This document shows positions 11,844 to 31,701 of a DNA stretch of 64,000 bases, in pieces. This DNA comes from the human T2T-CHM13v2.0 reference genome, Homo sapiens: the NCBI RefSeq assembly GCF_009914755.1, contig NC_060932.1; one strand, given 5' to 3'. The notes under the pieces are model-generated. The model searched no databases, was not told the origin of the DNA, and worked only from the letters and a program-made list of their open reading frames with translations. Within the stretch, counting starts at the first letter, position 1. Each line of letters starts with the position of its first letter. Both the position numbers and the translations under genes were made by a program.

Positions 11844-13157
11844 ACATTCTTAAGATGGTTTGATGATCATTTGTTGATTGGAGCCTGATATCAATGTTAG
11901 CTTAGATTTAGCATTTTTGGCATAGGGCTCTTACGTTGGATCTTTACAGACAGTAAAGGAATTCTGGGCCTTTTAGGGTACTTGAATCCTTAGATATTAG
12001 AAGCCACCTCAAATGCTAAGAGTTTGGTTTATTCTCAGATCACTGGACTCATCTAAGTCCTAAAATAAAATATTGTTATATCTGTTACCCAGCCAGATCT
12101 CCCTAGGATATTGTAATTTTATAGGTGTGGACCAGGCTGACCATTGCATATTAAGACAGTTCTCATGGACTCCCCACCAGAAATGGTGGATTCAGCTGGA
12201 CTGGCAGACAGCTCATAGCTGTGGGATAGGTTACAGTTACTGTGTCACTTAAGATTTTGTCCAGGGAGTATCCACTTATGTCTTATATCGGACAGCATCC
12301 ATTTTATCACCATTTCACATGGTTGTGAATTATTTTCCTCTTCCTGGTAAACAATGCCTGTGTCAGACATACAGAAGAACAGGTAAAACACACAAGATAA
12401 AATCTATTTACCACTATTAAAAAACTAACTAAGAAGAAAATACACACTTAATTTTTGTTTCTAATCTACCTCCCTCCCGTAATTCTGTGAGAAACTAAAG
12501 ATGAATAAACTACTTAAAAGGCTCTGTACTATTTTCCTTTATAATGAAACTTAGCGCTTTTATTATTGAATCTCAACTTTTAGATTTCCTGAATTTTTCT
12601 GGTGTTTTAGGCCATGAAAAAGTATCACAAAGCATACAAAAAGAGTTTGCTATTAGAGGAAGAAAACAAAGGTATGGGAACATTCAAAAACCATGTCGCC
12701 AAATAAAAGGCACAGATTAAGATTTTCACAAGGAATTTTCATTTATAGGGTGGAGAGTTGAGTGTCAGGAGGTGGGTTGTGTGGTCCTGAAATGTGAAGC
12801 AGGATTTGGCCTGGGGACCCAACATGGGGCTAAAAGCCTGCAGGGGAAACAGAGAGGAAACAAATGGAAGGGCTTACGGTAGACAGACAGTTGATCTGCT
12901 GGTCCTCTGGGGGCTTTGGTTTCAGTAAACATACACGTAGTTTTGGTCTTTCTTATATGAAGGAAGGGTTTGGAATTATCAAGAGTTGAAGATAGATTGG
13001 ATTTGTGAACTGTGGGCTTTAGGGTCTGAGTGATGTACTAGAAGGCTTTTGTTTCTGTTGATGACCCAGTTGGGAGAGATAAGAGGCATTCTGGGAGCCT
13101 CCTAAGAGTGTGTTGGGTGAAGGGAGCTGATCAGCTCACCCTGGACCGGTAGTTTCT

Positions 13158-13494
13158 TCTCTTTTTTAAATTTTTATTGATTTTAATTAATTAATTATTA
13201 TTATTATTGAGAGAGAGAGAGAGTCTTGCTCTGTCACCCAGGCTAGAGTGCAGTGGCGTGATCTCAGCACACTGCAATCTCTGCCTCCAGGTTCTAGTGA
13301 TTCTCGGGCCCCAGCCTTTCAAGTAGCTGGGACTATAGGCACCGGCCACCACACCCAGGTAATTTTTATATTTTTAGTAGAGACAGGGTTTCGCCATGTT
13401 GCCAGGCTGGTCTCAAGCTCCTGACCTCAAGTGACCCACTCACCTCGGCCTCCCAAATTGCTGGGATTACAGGCATGAGCCACCACGTCCGACC
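13158..13494 (-). mobile_element. AluS (Sx/Sz)
   Basis: Full dimer with decayed tail (ATT)n(GA)n; degenerate 16-bp TSD at 13142-13157 / 13495-13510. Confidence 0.93.
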
Positions 13495-13799
13495 TAGACC
13501 AGTAGCTTCTAAGGCAGCATTATTCCCCCAACAGATCCTAAATGGATTACAAAGGACTGCTATCTTGAGTAAACTGAAGCACAGGTGATGCTGTGAGAGC
13601 CTCTTATTACTGGTGGGGTTGTGCTCTGCATGGCTCACAGAGAGGAGAGTAAACCAGGAGCATGAAGCCAGGAGCTGTCTCAGAAGCAGGATGCTGAGGT
13701 GGCTGGAGCATGAGCTACACGCATACGATCTGCCTCAGCTTTGCAACTATGGATCTACATAGAGGAATCATACCCATAGAACTGGAAAAGTAATAACAT

Positions 13800-14640
13800 T
13801 TTATTAAAGTATTATCACTTGAAGGACTTACAAAATGTCAGGTTCTATATTACAATTTTTTTTCTAGCATTTCACCACATTTTCATATACCTGGCTACTT
13901 TTTCTAAGGTTCCTTTTTTTTTTATCGTTATAAAATATCTCTTCTAAATATTTTTTTCAAGTAGAATGTAAGGGAGATAAAGTCTTCGAAGTTCATGTCT
14001 GAAAATATCCTAATTCCCTGGCCCCCCATTTGATTTACAATGGGGCATATTCGTAAAACTGTAAGATAATTTTGCCTGCTCCCTACAGGCTAAGATCTAC
14101 AGTAAAGGTCCTGCTGTTTGTTTTTTTAACATCCAGTTTTACTGATGAGAAATTTGATATATCAGATTCTTTTTACTCTGTAGGTAGCATTTTTCCCCTC
14201 TGAAATATTTTATTATATTATTTTGTCTTTGAACTCACAACATTTCTTCAGGATGTTTACTCATGGGTCTGTTCGTGAATTCTGAGCCCTTTCAGTCTGT
14301 TGCTGTGGGTCTATCTCTTCAGCTTAGGGAATTATTATTACTTTTTATTTTCTCATCTGCGTTGGCAACTGAATTTATCTCACATCCTTCTTAAAAATGT
14401 TAGGCCTTTTGTATCTCACTAACATTTCTCTTAATTTATACTTTCCCATTTTTTTTGTTATTTTCATTTGTCAACAGATTTATTCAGCTTAAATTTTTAA
14501 GATCCTTTGAATTTATTACTCAGTCCTTCCACTTATATCTTGATTTTGGCAATATATTTTAAACCTCATGGATTACTTATTTTCCTAAGATTTCTTATTT
14601 TTCATGACAACAAGTTCCTGTTTTATAAAAGGAACATTCA
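13800..14640 (-). mobile_element. Ancient L1ME/HAL1-like remnant
   Basis: T-rich, with motifs such as ctgatgagaaatttgat and ttcagcttagggaaatt typical of old L1 ORF1 antisense; continues beyond the nested DNA transposons. Confidence 0.45.
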
Positions 14641-14656
14641 TTCCCATCCCACTGAG

Positions 14657-15174
14657 CTGGTGTCCCCATCCCCGGGCCATGGACTGTTACAGGTCCATGA
14701 CCTGTTAGGAACCGGGCTGCACAGCAGGAGGTGAGTGGTGGGCAAACGAGCAAAGCTTCATCTGTATTTACAGTTGGTCCCCATTGCTCTCATTACCTCC
14801 TGAGCTCTGCCTCCTGTCAGGTCAGCAGCAGCATTAGATTCTCCCAGGAGCAGGAACCCTATTGTGAACTGTGCATGTGAGGGATCTAGGTTACATGCTC
14901 CTTATGAGAATCTAATGCCTGATGATCTGTCACTGTCTCCCATCACCCCCAGATGGGACCATCTAGTTGCAGGAAAACAAGTTCAGCTATATTATGATGG
15001 GTTGTATAATTATTGTATTATATATTATAATGTAATAATAATATAAATAAAGTACACAATAAATGTAATGCTCTTGAATCATCCTGAAACCATCCCCGCC
15101 ACACACCCCCAGTCCTTGGAAAAATTGTCTTCTGCAAAACTGCTCCCTGGTGCCAAAAAGGTTGGGGACTGCTG
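14657..15174 (+). mobile_element. MER1A (hAT-Charlie MITE), complete
   Basis: Terminal ctggtgtcccca...ttggggactgctg; perfect 8-bp TSD ccactgag at 14649-14656 / 15175-15182. Confidence 0.92.
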
Positions 15175-15307
15175 CCACTGAGGATCCCAATTTTCATAGT
15201 TTTCATTACTTTCCTGAAATAGCTCTATGTTTTTCTTGGCTCAGGTGTTCTTTTTGTTTATACACTCATACAACTTTTCCTCAGATTTCTGGTTGTCCAT
15301 TCATAAA

Positions 15308-16813
<1,506 letters not shown>

Positions 16814-16966
16814 CATAGAAATATAATATAAGGTTGCATATATTTATAGGTAGCTTGTTTAGGTTTCTCTCTACTTGAATAGATACCCTCATTTGAAGTC
16901 TTCCTTGACTGGGAAAGCTGGGTGAGTTGGGTAGAGAGGTTAGCAATCAGGCTTCCTTGTACAATA

Positions 16967-17287
16967 CAGTTGGCCCTCTGTACCTGTGGGCTCTGCATCA
17001 GCAGACCAAAAGTATTTAGAAGAAAACCCAAAACAATAAAAAATAACAGTACAACAATAAAAATAATACAAATGAAAACAGTATTATATCTATTTACAGA
17101 GAATTTACATTGTATTAGCCATTACAAGTAATCTAGAGATCATTTAAAGTATATGGGAGGATGTGCATAAGTTATATAAAAATACTACAATGTTTTATAT
17201 CAAGGACTTGAGCATCCTCAAACTGTGGTATTTGGGAAGGGGCAGGAGTGCTGGAACCAATGCTGTGTGGATACTGGGGGATAGCTG
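16967..17287. mobile_element. MER2/MER2B (TcMar-Tigger MITE)
   Basis: TA|cagttggccctctgtacc...ggatactgggggatagctg|TA, with TIRs and TA TSD. Confidence 0.88.
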
Positions 17288-18545
17288 TACACAGGTAGAA
17301 AGTCTAAGTGCCAAAGTAAGGAAGGCCTTCCTCTGGAGGTAGAGCGCTTTACTATAGTTCAGTCATAGGCACCTGTCCTCATCTTTCAGGAGATGTGGTG
17401 TCCAGCATTACAATTTCTGCTTTACTGCTTCTTGGAGTTCAATACCATTCCAGAAGAATTCTCAGGCAGATGGCATTGGAGAAAGGTTCTTTGACTTTCT
17501 CCTGTGGGTAAAAGCCGCAACTGCCAACAGCACCCCTTCCTAGAGGGAGATAGGATCCCAACTAGTCCAGCTTCTCAGAATGCAGTTCTTCAATGAATAA
17601 CACTGATGGCTTCCCCTTGGTTCTGCTCCTTAGCCTGAATGTTCTCTCTGACCCTTGTAGTAAGAATAGAACTAATTTTGGTGTCTTAGGCTGTATCAGC
17701 TCTTCTGCTCTGATGTAACTGTCAGTCTTACCTCACCTGCTTCATTCTTCATACTTCCAGAATTTGTCAGAATTTCTTGTTTTCCCATGCTATTGTGTTT
17801 TCATTCTTTAAGTAATACATTTTCTGTTATTTTAGTAGAAGTTTGGAGCATGAAGGAAGGGCTATTCAATGTATATATGTGTAAGATCATTCCACTATAT
17901 TACATAAGAAGCCAATATCTATTCAGCTTGTTGCACAAATGTTAAAGAATCATGAACTGCATGGTTTCTAAGTAGTATTTCTGGTCTTTATTTAGTGTTG
18001 AAGAAAAATATTTTTGGTCAAATAACAAATATAAGCATATATAATATATTTCATATGTAAAACTAGTCATGAAAACAAGCAGATAGGATTGTCCATTGCC
18101 TCAGCAGAAATTAGATTTTATTGAATGATTGTGAATCTTTCTAAATCATCTTGTGGTTTACTAGCTGCAGTGAACTCAATTTGGACTCAGCAAGGGTTTG
18201 TAGAAAGTGATTCCTATTTATTGTCCATCAAAGAATTAAAGTGATTGCTGTGTATTGTCCATTGAATAATTTTGGTACTAAGCAGATACTGTGTTTTTAT
18301 CAAACATATATAAATCTTCAAAACCTTATGTAAAGTGTATACAAACAGAGTTCAGCATATAGCTTCTGCAAATAGGAGGTATTCATTGTCTGTGAATTAG
18401 AACTGTATTACCAGCAATTACATCAACATGTTCTTTTACTTTCAATAAACCACTAGGACTATGTGAGGTCAGCATGCTGCTAAATTATACAGATTTTTTT
18501 CTATGCCTAATGCTATGGCTTTTATTTTCATGTGTGTTTAGGGCT

Positions 18546-18902
18546 TGCTGTTGACTGAATGTTTGTATCCCTCCAAAATTCATATGTTGAAAGCTAGTCA
18601 CCAAGGTGATGGTATTAGAATGTGAAGCCTTTGGGAGGTGATTAAGTCATGAGGACAGTGCCCAAATGAATGGGATTAGTGAGTCCCCTTAAAAAGGACC
18701 TGAAGTAGCTTTAACCCCTTTGTCCTGCCATGTGAGGACACATAGAAGGTGCCATCTATGAGGCATAGGTCCTTACCAGACACTGAACTTGCTGGCGCCT
18801 TGATCTTGGACTTCTCAGCCTCCAGAACTGTGAACAATAAATTCTGTGTTTATAAATTAGGTAGTCTGTTATTTTTTATAGTAGCCGGAACAGACTAAGA
18901 CA
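18546..18902 (+). mobile_element. Solo MLT1A0-like MaLR LTR
   Basis: tgctgttgactgaatgtttgtatccctccaaaattcatatgttgaa...cagactaagaca; TSD gggct/ggact. Confidence 0.85.
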
Positions 18903-19159
18903 GGACTAGCTACCTCATCAGTTAACCATTTACGCACACTGACTTGGTGCTCTGCATATTTGGGATAATTTCTCTTTGAAAAGGAATATGCAAATTTAAA
19001 TATTAATGTAATGTTTTATAATTTTTTATTTTAGTAATAGTAGTATAGTTTTCCTAGCTGAGAAATAGTTCTAATATAGAGGAAAGGTTACTTCTTAAAC
19101 ATTTTAGACTTGCTAGATGTAAGAGATATTTTAAAAATAGACCTGTCTTTGAACTCCAT

Positions 19160-21050
19160 GCCATCAGATTACATTTCCCACCACTCCTCATTTTTACTTT
19201 TCTCTACAGGCTCCTGGGTCATTCTCCAAAATTCCTCAGTAGTTTTAACTCTGAATTATTGCCCTCTTCACCCGCTAATACTACACCTATATTCATTCTT
19301 GGCAGTTTTTGCATACAGGTAGATGACCTTTCCAACATCCTGTCCTCTTTATTGAACTCCTCTTATACAGCGATTTTTACCTTATTTCCTGTCTCAGCCA
19401 CTCCTGTTACTGTTACCAATAACTCTCTCCATTTTCTCACCCTCTGTAGTCTCGCTTTCAGCCATCCTTCTCTCTGACTATCTTGGCCTATCTCTAGCTC
19501 TCTGCCTTGAATATCCCAACCCCAACGACTTTTCGACCCTACCTGGACATCCCACCCATTGATCCCACCACTTCTTCGTTGTCCCTTATCACCTTAGTGT
19601 CCTCACTCTGTGTCCTATCAAGCTTAAACTCTGTGGTCAGTGACCAGTCATTATAATAGCTTCCTTGCCCCTCTCTCAGTTCATCCTACTCAATTAGCTA
19701 ATCCATAGCCCTACCTAAATACACATTTCTGCCTTTTTCATTCCTACACCTGTGCAGCTGAACACGGTTGGGAGGAAAATACACTACCTACTATACCAAC
19801 TTGTCTTGCTTTAAAATTGTGACCACAAATCTCAAGTGGCCAGACAATCATCAGATTCTTAGTTCAATTGCTCTTGCAGACCCCTGGATCACTATTTCAC
19901 GTTTCCCTTTTCTCAAAACCCCCAGTCCTCATCTCTCATCTACTATTTCTGCTGTTGCCATTGTTTCCTACTTTACTGAGATAATCAAAGCAATCTGAAG
20001 AGGAAATCTGCAGACAAACACTGCCAACTGCAGAGCAGAAGTATCTTTCTATTTTGTTCACTGACTATCTGCAGCACAGAGTGCTTGAGTTATATAATGT
20101 GAGTGTTCAGTACATATCTACTGAACAAATAAAAGCACCAGTTATTCTAAAGGAAGCATTAAAACACATTAATTTAATAATTACTGTAGGCACTTTATCT
20201 CTCATCTATCTGGCTACTTTACAGCTCTTCTTATCATGCCCAAATTGGAGCTCTTGGTACCCATCCCTAAACAATCCCTTGCTCATTGTCCCATGCTATG
20301 GTGAATGGCATCAACATCAGCCCAGTCATTCAAGCCTGACACCTAGGTGGTGTCATTCTTTAGCTTGCTTTTATTGACTCTTTCCCCAGTCAAGTTTACT
20401 TCTGTAATTTTTGTAAAGTCAGGCCACTGCTTTCCACCCTCACTTACACCACCACTATAGTTCACTAGTTTCTGAAGAGTTCTTCCTTCTTCCTCTCTTG
20501 ACCTTTATATAGTAGCCTGGACACATCTTTAAAAGGGCAAATGTATGTCACTAGCTCTTCCTTCACACCATTCATTGGCTTTGCACTCCATTTAAAGCAA
20601 CAATTGGACTCTACACCTTTGCTCTGCAAGGTTAGACATCCTCCTACCTCTTTAGCTCACATGCTATTTCATCCCTGTGAGCACTTTAACAATTCTTTTT
20701 AATGTATCAACCTCTCCAATACCCTGGAGCCTTTGCATGGACTATTCTCTCTGTCTGGAATGCCAAATTTTTGAATGTCTGATTCTAGTTTTTACCTTGA
20801 GGCCTCAGATTAAATATCACCCCCTCAGAGATGCTATCTTGATCACCCTATGTAATATATTCCATCCACATTTTTCTCTAATGTATTACTCTGCCTTCTT
20901 TCCCATAGTGCTTTCCAGAATATGTATTTATTTTACTGATTGATTTGATTATATATTTATTGTCTGCTTCCTCCCAAGAATGTGAGCTCCTTAAACTCTA
21001 GACCATGCCAGCCTTGTTTATTATGAGATGAGAGACTACTATAAATATGT
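19160..21050 (+). mobile_element. L2 LINE fragments
   Basis: Pyrimidine-rich L2 ORF2 and 3' segments, e.g. cctggagcctttgcatggactattctctctgtctggaatg and gaatgtgagctcc. Confidence 0.65.
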
Positions 21051-21539
21051 TGTATGAAAGTGAAAGATGTATCAAGGGAACCTTTGCTATCTGTAGAGTG
21101 TACAGCATATTATCATACGAAATGAAACTGCAGGTTGAGAACAATTTTTAGTTAGTTTCAAATGCCATGATAGGAGGAAATTTTTTCAGGTAATATACAT
21201 CTATAAAAAGCTTTTAGTAACACTATTGACATAATTTATTCATTCTTTCGTTTATCAAATGTGCCAGGAATTGTTTTTTGATCTTGGGAAACAGAGATGT
21301 CTAAGACATGCTTCCTGACCTCAAGAACTCCTCAGAGAACTGCACGGGTAAAATAAAATGATTTCCTACAGTAGGATGAGGGTTGTCTAGAATTATTCAT
21401 GATGTTATTCAAACACTTATTATGCCTAACTAACTCTGCTTGAGAATATTGAAGATGATCAGAGTTATGTTTTATTAGGTGTGGTTCCTATGGTGATGAT
21501 CTCTTTTGTGAAGCTCTGTATAGTTGGCACCTGTGATAT

Positions 21540-22380
<841 letters not shown>

Positions 22381-22619
22381 TTAGCTACTGAAAATTCTCC
22401 ACCTCTCTAGTTTGTACTTCACACAGAGTGATGCTCAAATCCGAGACTTGATCTGTCTTCCTTTCAGGGATAGTAAGAAGACTTGTTCAGCAAATGCTGT
22501 CTACAGCCACCAAGTCTGCCCCAAATGGCTTCTCTATTTGTGCTGTTATATACGTAGGGAGTCCTGGATTATGTTTAAGAAGACTTGCTTTTTTAAAATT
22601 TAAAATCTTATGGAAGGAA

Positions 22620-22780
22620 CTTGGCAATTTTGTGGATCTTGGGAAAGTTACTTAAGATTTATTTACCCCAATTTCCTTATTCTAAAATGAGAAAAGAATA
22701 CCTGCTTCACAGATTGTTGTTGTGAGCATGAAAAAAATGTATTGAAAGCACCTAGGACTATGCGTCATAGATTAATTATT
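22620..22780 (+). mobile_element. MIR
   Basis: cttgggaaagttactta...ccaatttccttattctaaaatgag core. Confidence 0.6.
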
Positions 22781-22929
22781 TTACTTTCTTCTCTTAACCA
22801 AACTATGTGAGCAGAAGGTGGTGTTTTATAGACTTTGGGTTCTACTAGGAAGAAGAACAATGTTAGGTTTACAAGTAATCTTTAAACAACTCCCAGCTGG
22901 TTAAAAATTAATTAATTTCCAGTGTTTTC

Positions 22930-23182
22930 AATGTTTAACAATCCTCACTCGTGGCAGCATCTGATCCCCTTCCCTGATTTATTTCTCTCCATAGGACTCA
23001 TCATTTATCAATATGTTCTATAATTTGCATATTATTTTATGTATTCTCACTACCACTAGAATACAACCTTTCTAGAACAGAGATTTTTAAAAATTCTATT
23101 TTGTTCTCATTCATATTCCAAGATCCTGGAACAGAAACTGGCATATAGTAGATGCTCAGCAAACATTTATTGAATAAACATA
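22930..23182 (+). mobile_element. L2 3' end
   Basis: ctggcatatagtagatgctcagcaaacatttattgaataaa. Confidence 0.65.
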
Positions 23183-23193
23183 TGAATTAGTAT

Positions 23194-23530
<337 letters not shown>

Positions 23531-24319
23531 TGAATTAGTATCTTTAAATATTATGTCTATTATCTGTAAATATTTATTCACATAAACTTCTAAAACAATT
23601 ATTTATAAATGTTCCTCCTTTGTATTTAAGTATTACACCATTACTTTCCTCTGAGTAAACATTCTAGCACCTCTTAAAACCCAGGAAGAGAAAAGGATGG
23701 AGTGAAGATTTAGGTATTATATGGGTTGAGCTTCTCTCTTGATAAAAATGACCCATGATTCTCAGCAACTGCTATTAAAACTATTGTGTAGAGTTTCAAT
23801 ATACCTTGCAATTCATAACATCATTTTAAAGATACCAAAATACTTTAATTGAAATATTTCTAAATAAAGTTATTTTTAAGAAGTTAATGGGCTTTATTTC
23901 TTAGAGCATTTTTAGGTTTCTAAAAAGATTAAAAATTACAGAAATTCTCATATACTCTTTTTAAATTAAATTTTAAGTTTACTTTTAAGTCTCCAGGGAA
24001 CTCATTCTACAAATATATTGGCACATATGCAAAATGGACCATATATTGCCGTTTGTAATAGCAAATTAGTGCCTACTGATAGACACTAATTTTAGTGTCT
24101 ATCAGTCAGACTGATTAAATAAACTTGTACAGCACCCAGGAGAATATTGAATATTATACTGCTGGTTTTCACTGTATGTCCTGATATAAAAATATCTAAA
24201 GGATATGTTATTAAATGAACAAGTAAAGTATATAAAATTATTACTTTTATGAAAACGAGAGGAGAAAATAAGAACCTATATTATTCTTGAACACATTTTT
24301 ATAAATAATACTGGAAGAG

Positions 24320-27840
<3,521 letters not shown>

Positions 27841-28214
27841 ACTGTGTTTCAAGTTCTGAACAAGATGGCATAGACTCACTTTCCCTGTTCCTCTATTCTA
27901 AATAAAACGAAAGACCTTGGGCATTATTCAACAGGAAATGACAAAGAGCTCTGAAATCTAGAAAGAAGAAGGTAGACTGACTAGAAAGAATAACTATGTG
28001 ATGAATTTCCTGAATTTTCTTTTTATATCTCTTATACCTCAGATTGGGAGCCAAAGAGGCTTACAACCTGGAACTACCAACAGGTATAGATAAACAAAAC
28101 AAAACAAAATGAAACAAGAGCAAAAGCTTGCTTTCTCTTGCCAAAGGACCAGGAAACCCTAGAAAAAACCTAGTGGCAAGCCCCAACTCCTACTGTACAT
28201 CCAGAGAACATGTA

Positions 28215-28278
28215 AGCCATTTGATATGTCAGTAGTATCATCATCATGAGCCATTTGATATGTCAGTAGTATTATCAT
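28215..28278. repeat. 34-bp-period tandem duplication
   Basis: agccatttgatatgtcagtagtat(c/t)atcat at 28215 and 28249. Confidence 0.95.
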
Positions 28279-28447
28279 AAAAACCCTAGGCTACTCAGCC
28301 CCTTCTACACAATTGGGGAACTGGTGGGTGGTCTGATGTTTCCACAGTGGCAACAGCAAGGCCTGAGGCTGAACAAACCCTGGCTCTACAAATAGGGCAC
28401 CAGCAGGAAGTCATCTGTCTGCAGTGGCAACAGAAGCAAAGACCTGT

Positions 28448-30754
28448 TGTATTGGTCTGTTCTCATACTGCTATGAAGAAATACATGAGACTGGGTAATT
28501 TATAAAGAAAAGAGCCTTAATTGACTTACAGCCTGCATGGATGGGGAGTCCTCAAGTAACTTACATTCATGGCAGAAGGCACCTCTTCACAAGGTAGGAG
28601 GAGAGAGAATAAATGCAAACAGGGGAAATGGCAGATGCTTATAAAACCATCAGATCTTTTGAGACTCATTCACTATCATGAAAACAGAATGCAGGAAACC
28701 ACCCCCATGACCTGATTACCTCCACCTGGTTCCACCCTTGACACATGGGGATTATGGGGATTACAATTCAAGGTGAGATTTGGGTGGGGACACAGAGCCA
28801 AACCATGTCATTCTGCTGCTGGCCCCTCCCAAATCTCATGTCCTCACATTTCAAAACACAATCATGTGTGTCCAACAGTTCTGTAATGTTTTAACTTATT
28901 CCAGCATTAACCCAAAAGTCCAAGTCCAAAGTCTCATGTGAGACAAGGCAAGTCCCTTCCATCTATCAGCCTGGAAAATCAAAAGCAAGTTAGTTACTTC
29001 CTTGATGCAATGGAGATACGGTATTGGGTAAATACACCCATTCCAAATGGGAGAAATTGGCCAAAACAGAGGGGCTACAGGCCCCATGCAAGTCCGAAAT
29101 CCAATAGGGAAGTCATTAAAACTTAAAGTTCCAAAATAATCTCCTTTGACTCCATGTCTCACATCAAGGTCATGCTGATCCAAGAGGTAGACTCCCATGA
29201 CCTTGGGCAGCTCTACTCCTGTGGTTTTGCAGGGTACAGCCCACCTCCCAGCTGCTTTCACAGGCTGGTGTTGAGTTCCTCCAGCTTTGCCAGGAACACA
29301 GTGCCAACTGTTGGTGGATCTACCATTCTGGGGTCTGGTGGATGGTAGCCCTCTTCTCACAGCTCCACTAGGCAGTGCCCCAATGGGGACTTTGCATGGA
29401 GGCTCCGACCCCACATTTCCCTTCCACACTGCCCTAGCAGAGGTTCTCCATGAGGCCTCTGCTACTGCAGCAAACTTCTGCCTGGACATCCAGGCCCTTC
29501 CATACCTCCTCTGAAATCTGGGCAGAGGTTCCCAAACCTCAGTTCTTGTCTTCTGTGCACCTACAGGCTCAACACTACATGGAAACTGCCAAGGCTTGGG
29601 GCTTACACCCTCTGAAACAAAGCCCCGAGCTATACCTTGGCCCCTTTTAGCCGTGGCTGGAGCCAAAGCAGCTGGGATTCAGGGCACCATGTCCTGAGGC
29701 AGCACAGAGCAGGGAGACCCTGAGCCTGGCCAAGGAAAACATTTTTCTCTCCCATAGGAGTGGCTGCCATGAAAGTCTCTGACATGCGCAGAGATATTTT
29801 TTCCCATTGTCTTGGAGATTAACATTCAGCTTCTCACTACTTATGCAAATTTCTGCAGCGGGCTTGAATTTTTCCCCAGAAAATGAGTTTTTCCCTTCTA
29901 TCACATTGTCAGTCTGCAAATTTTCTAAGCTTTTTATGTTCTGTTTCCTCTTGAATGCTTTGCTGCTTAAAAATTTCTTCTGCCAGATACCCTAAATCAT
30001 CTCTCTCAAGTTCAGAGTTCCACAGACCTCTAATTCAGGGACAAAATGCTGCCAGCCTCTTTGCCAAAGCATAGCAAGATGGGAACTTTACTCCAGTTTC
30101 CAACAAGTTCCTCACCTCCACCTGAGACCATCTCAGCCTGGACTTCAGTGTCCATATCACTATCAGCATTTTGGTCAAAGCCATTCAACAAGAGAATCTA
30201 GGAAGTTCCAAATTTTCCCACATCTTCCTATCTTCTGAGCCACCAAGTCTCTAGGAAGCTCCAAACATTCCCACATTTTCCTGTCTTCTTATGAGTCCTC
30301 CAAACTGTTCCAACCTCTGCCTGTTACCCAATTCCAAAGTTGCTTCCACATTTTCGGGTATCTTTACAGCAGCACCCCACTATCTCGGTATGAATTTACT
30401 GTATTAGGCTGCTCTAACACTGCTATGAAGAAATACCCAAGACTGGGTAATTTATAAAGAAAGGAGGTTTAATTGGCTCACAGTTCAACATGACTGGGGA
30501 GGCCTCAGGAAACTTACAATCATGGCAGAAGGAATCTCTTCACAGGGCAGCAGGAAACAGAATGAGTGGAAACAGGGGCAATGCCAGATGCTTTTAAAAC
30601 CATCAGATCATGTGAAACTCATTCAGTATCACAAGAATAGCAGGGAGGAAACTGCCCCCATGATCTGATTACCTCCACCTAGTCCTGCCCTTGACACATG
30701 GGGTTTATAATTCAAGGTGAGATTTGGGTGGGGACACAGAGCCACACCATATCA
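28448..30754 (-). mobile_element. Complete THE1 (THE1C/D-type) MaLR provirus: LTR 28448-28810, internal 28811-30399, LTR 30400-30754
   Basis: Two homologous LTRs of about 360 bp (tgtatt...tca); perfect 5-bp TSD cctgt at 28443-28447 / 30755-30759; MaLR internal ORF remnant 28896..29666. Confidence 0.95.
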
Positions 30755-31337
30755 CCTGTGCCCCTGCCTTCCATGAAATGACATAAGAAGACCAAGGGCC
30801 AGAGGCTTCTTCCCTCCCCCCTGCCCATGTTCACCCACTGATACCAGTTGCCCAGGAATGGACTTTAAGTCCCAGTGATTCCAACAGCAGATATTGAGTG
30901 GGAGTTCCAACAGTACTAGAAAAGTGAAGCAGACCAGAATAGCATTGCAAGGGCTTTAAAAACCAAGCTGTCATTGAAACTAAAGCCCACAAAAGTAGGC
31001 CAGAACCTACATGCTCAACCTAAACGGGGCAACTGACTACTAAAATAAATGATAGGATATAACTAAATAGGATTTTGAGTCTACTAACATATTAACCAGA
31101 ATGCCCAGGATATTTAAAAATATCACTTATCATACCAAGAAATAGGAAAACCACAATTTGGATGAGAAAAGGACAATCAACAAAAACCAGTATCAAGAAG
31201 AATTGGATGTTGAAATTATCAGGCAAGGATTTTAAAGCAGCTGTCATAAAAGTGGTTAAACAATCAATTACAAATATTCTTGAGATAAATACAAAATAGA
31301 AAATCTTAGCTAAGAAATAGAGATTGTAAAAAAGAGC

Positions 31338-31701
<364 letters not shown>

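Noticed and set aside
28700-28725. DUX4 site in the THE1 LTRs
   Set aside because: The expected TGATTCAATTA reads TGACCTGATTA here and TGATCTGATTA in the other LTR; both are degraded
28896-29666. 256-aa ORF as a host gene
   Set aside because: Remnant of the THE1 internal ORF; no sign of domestication
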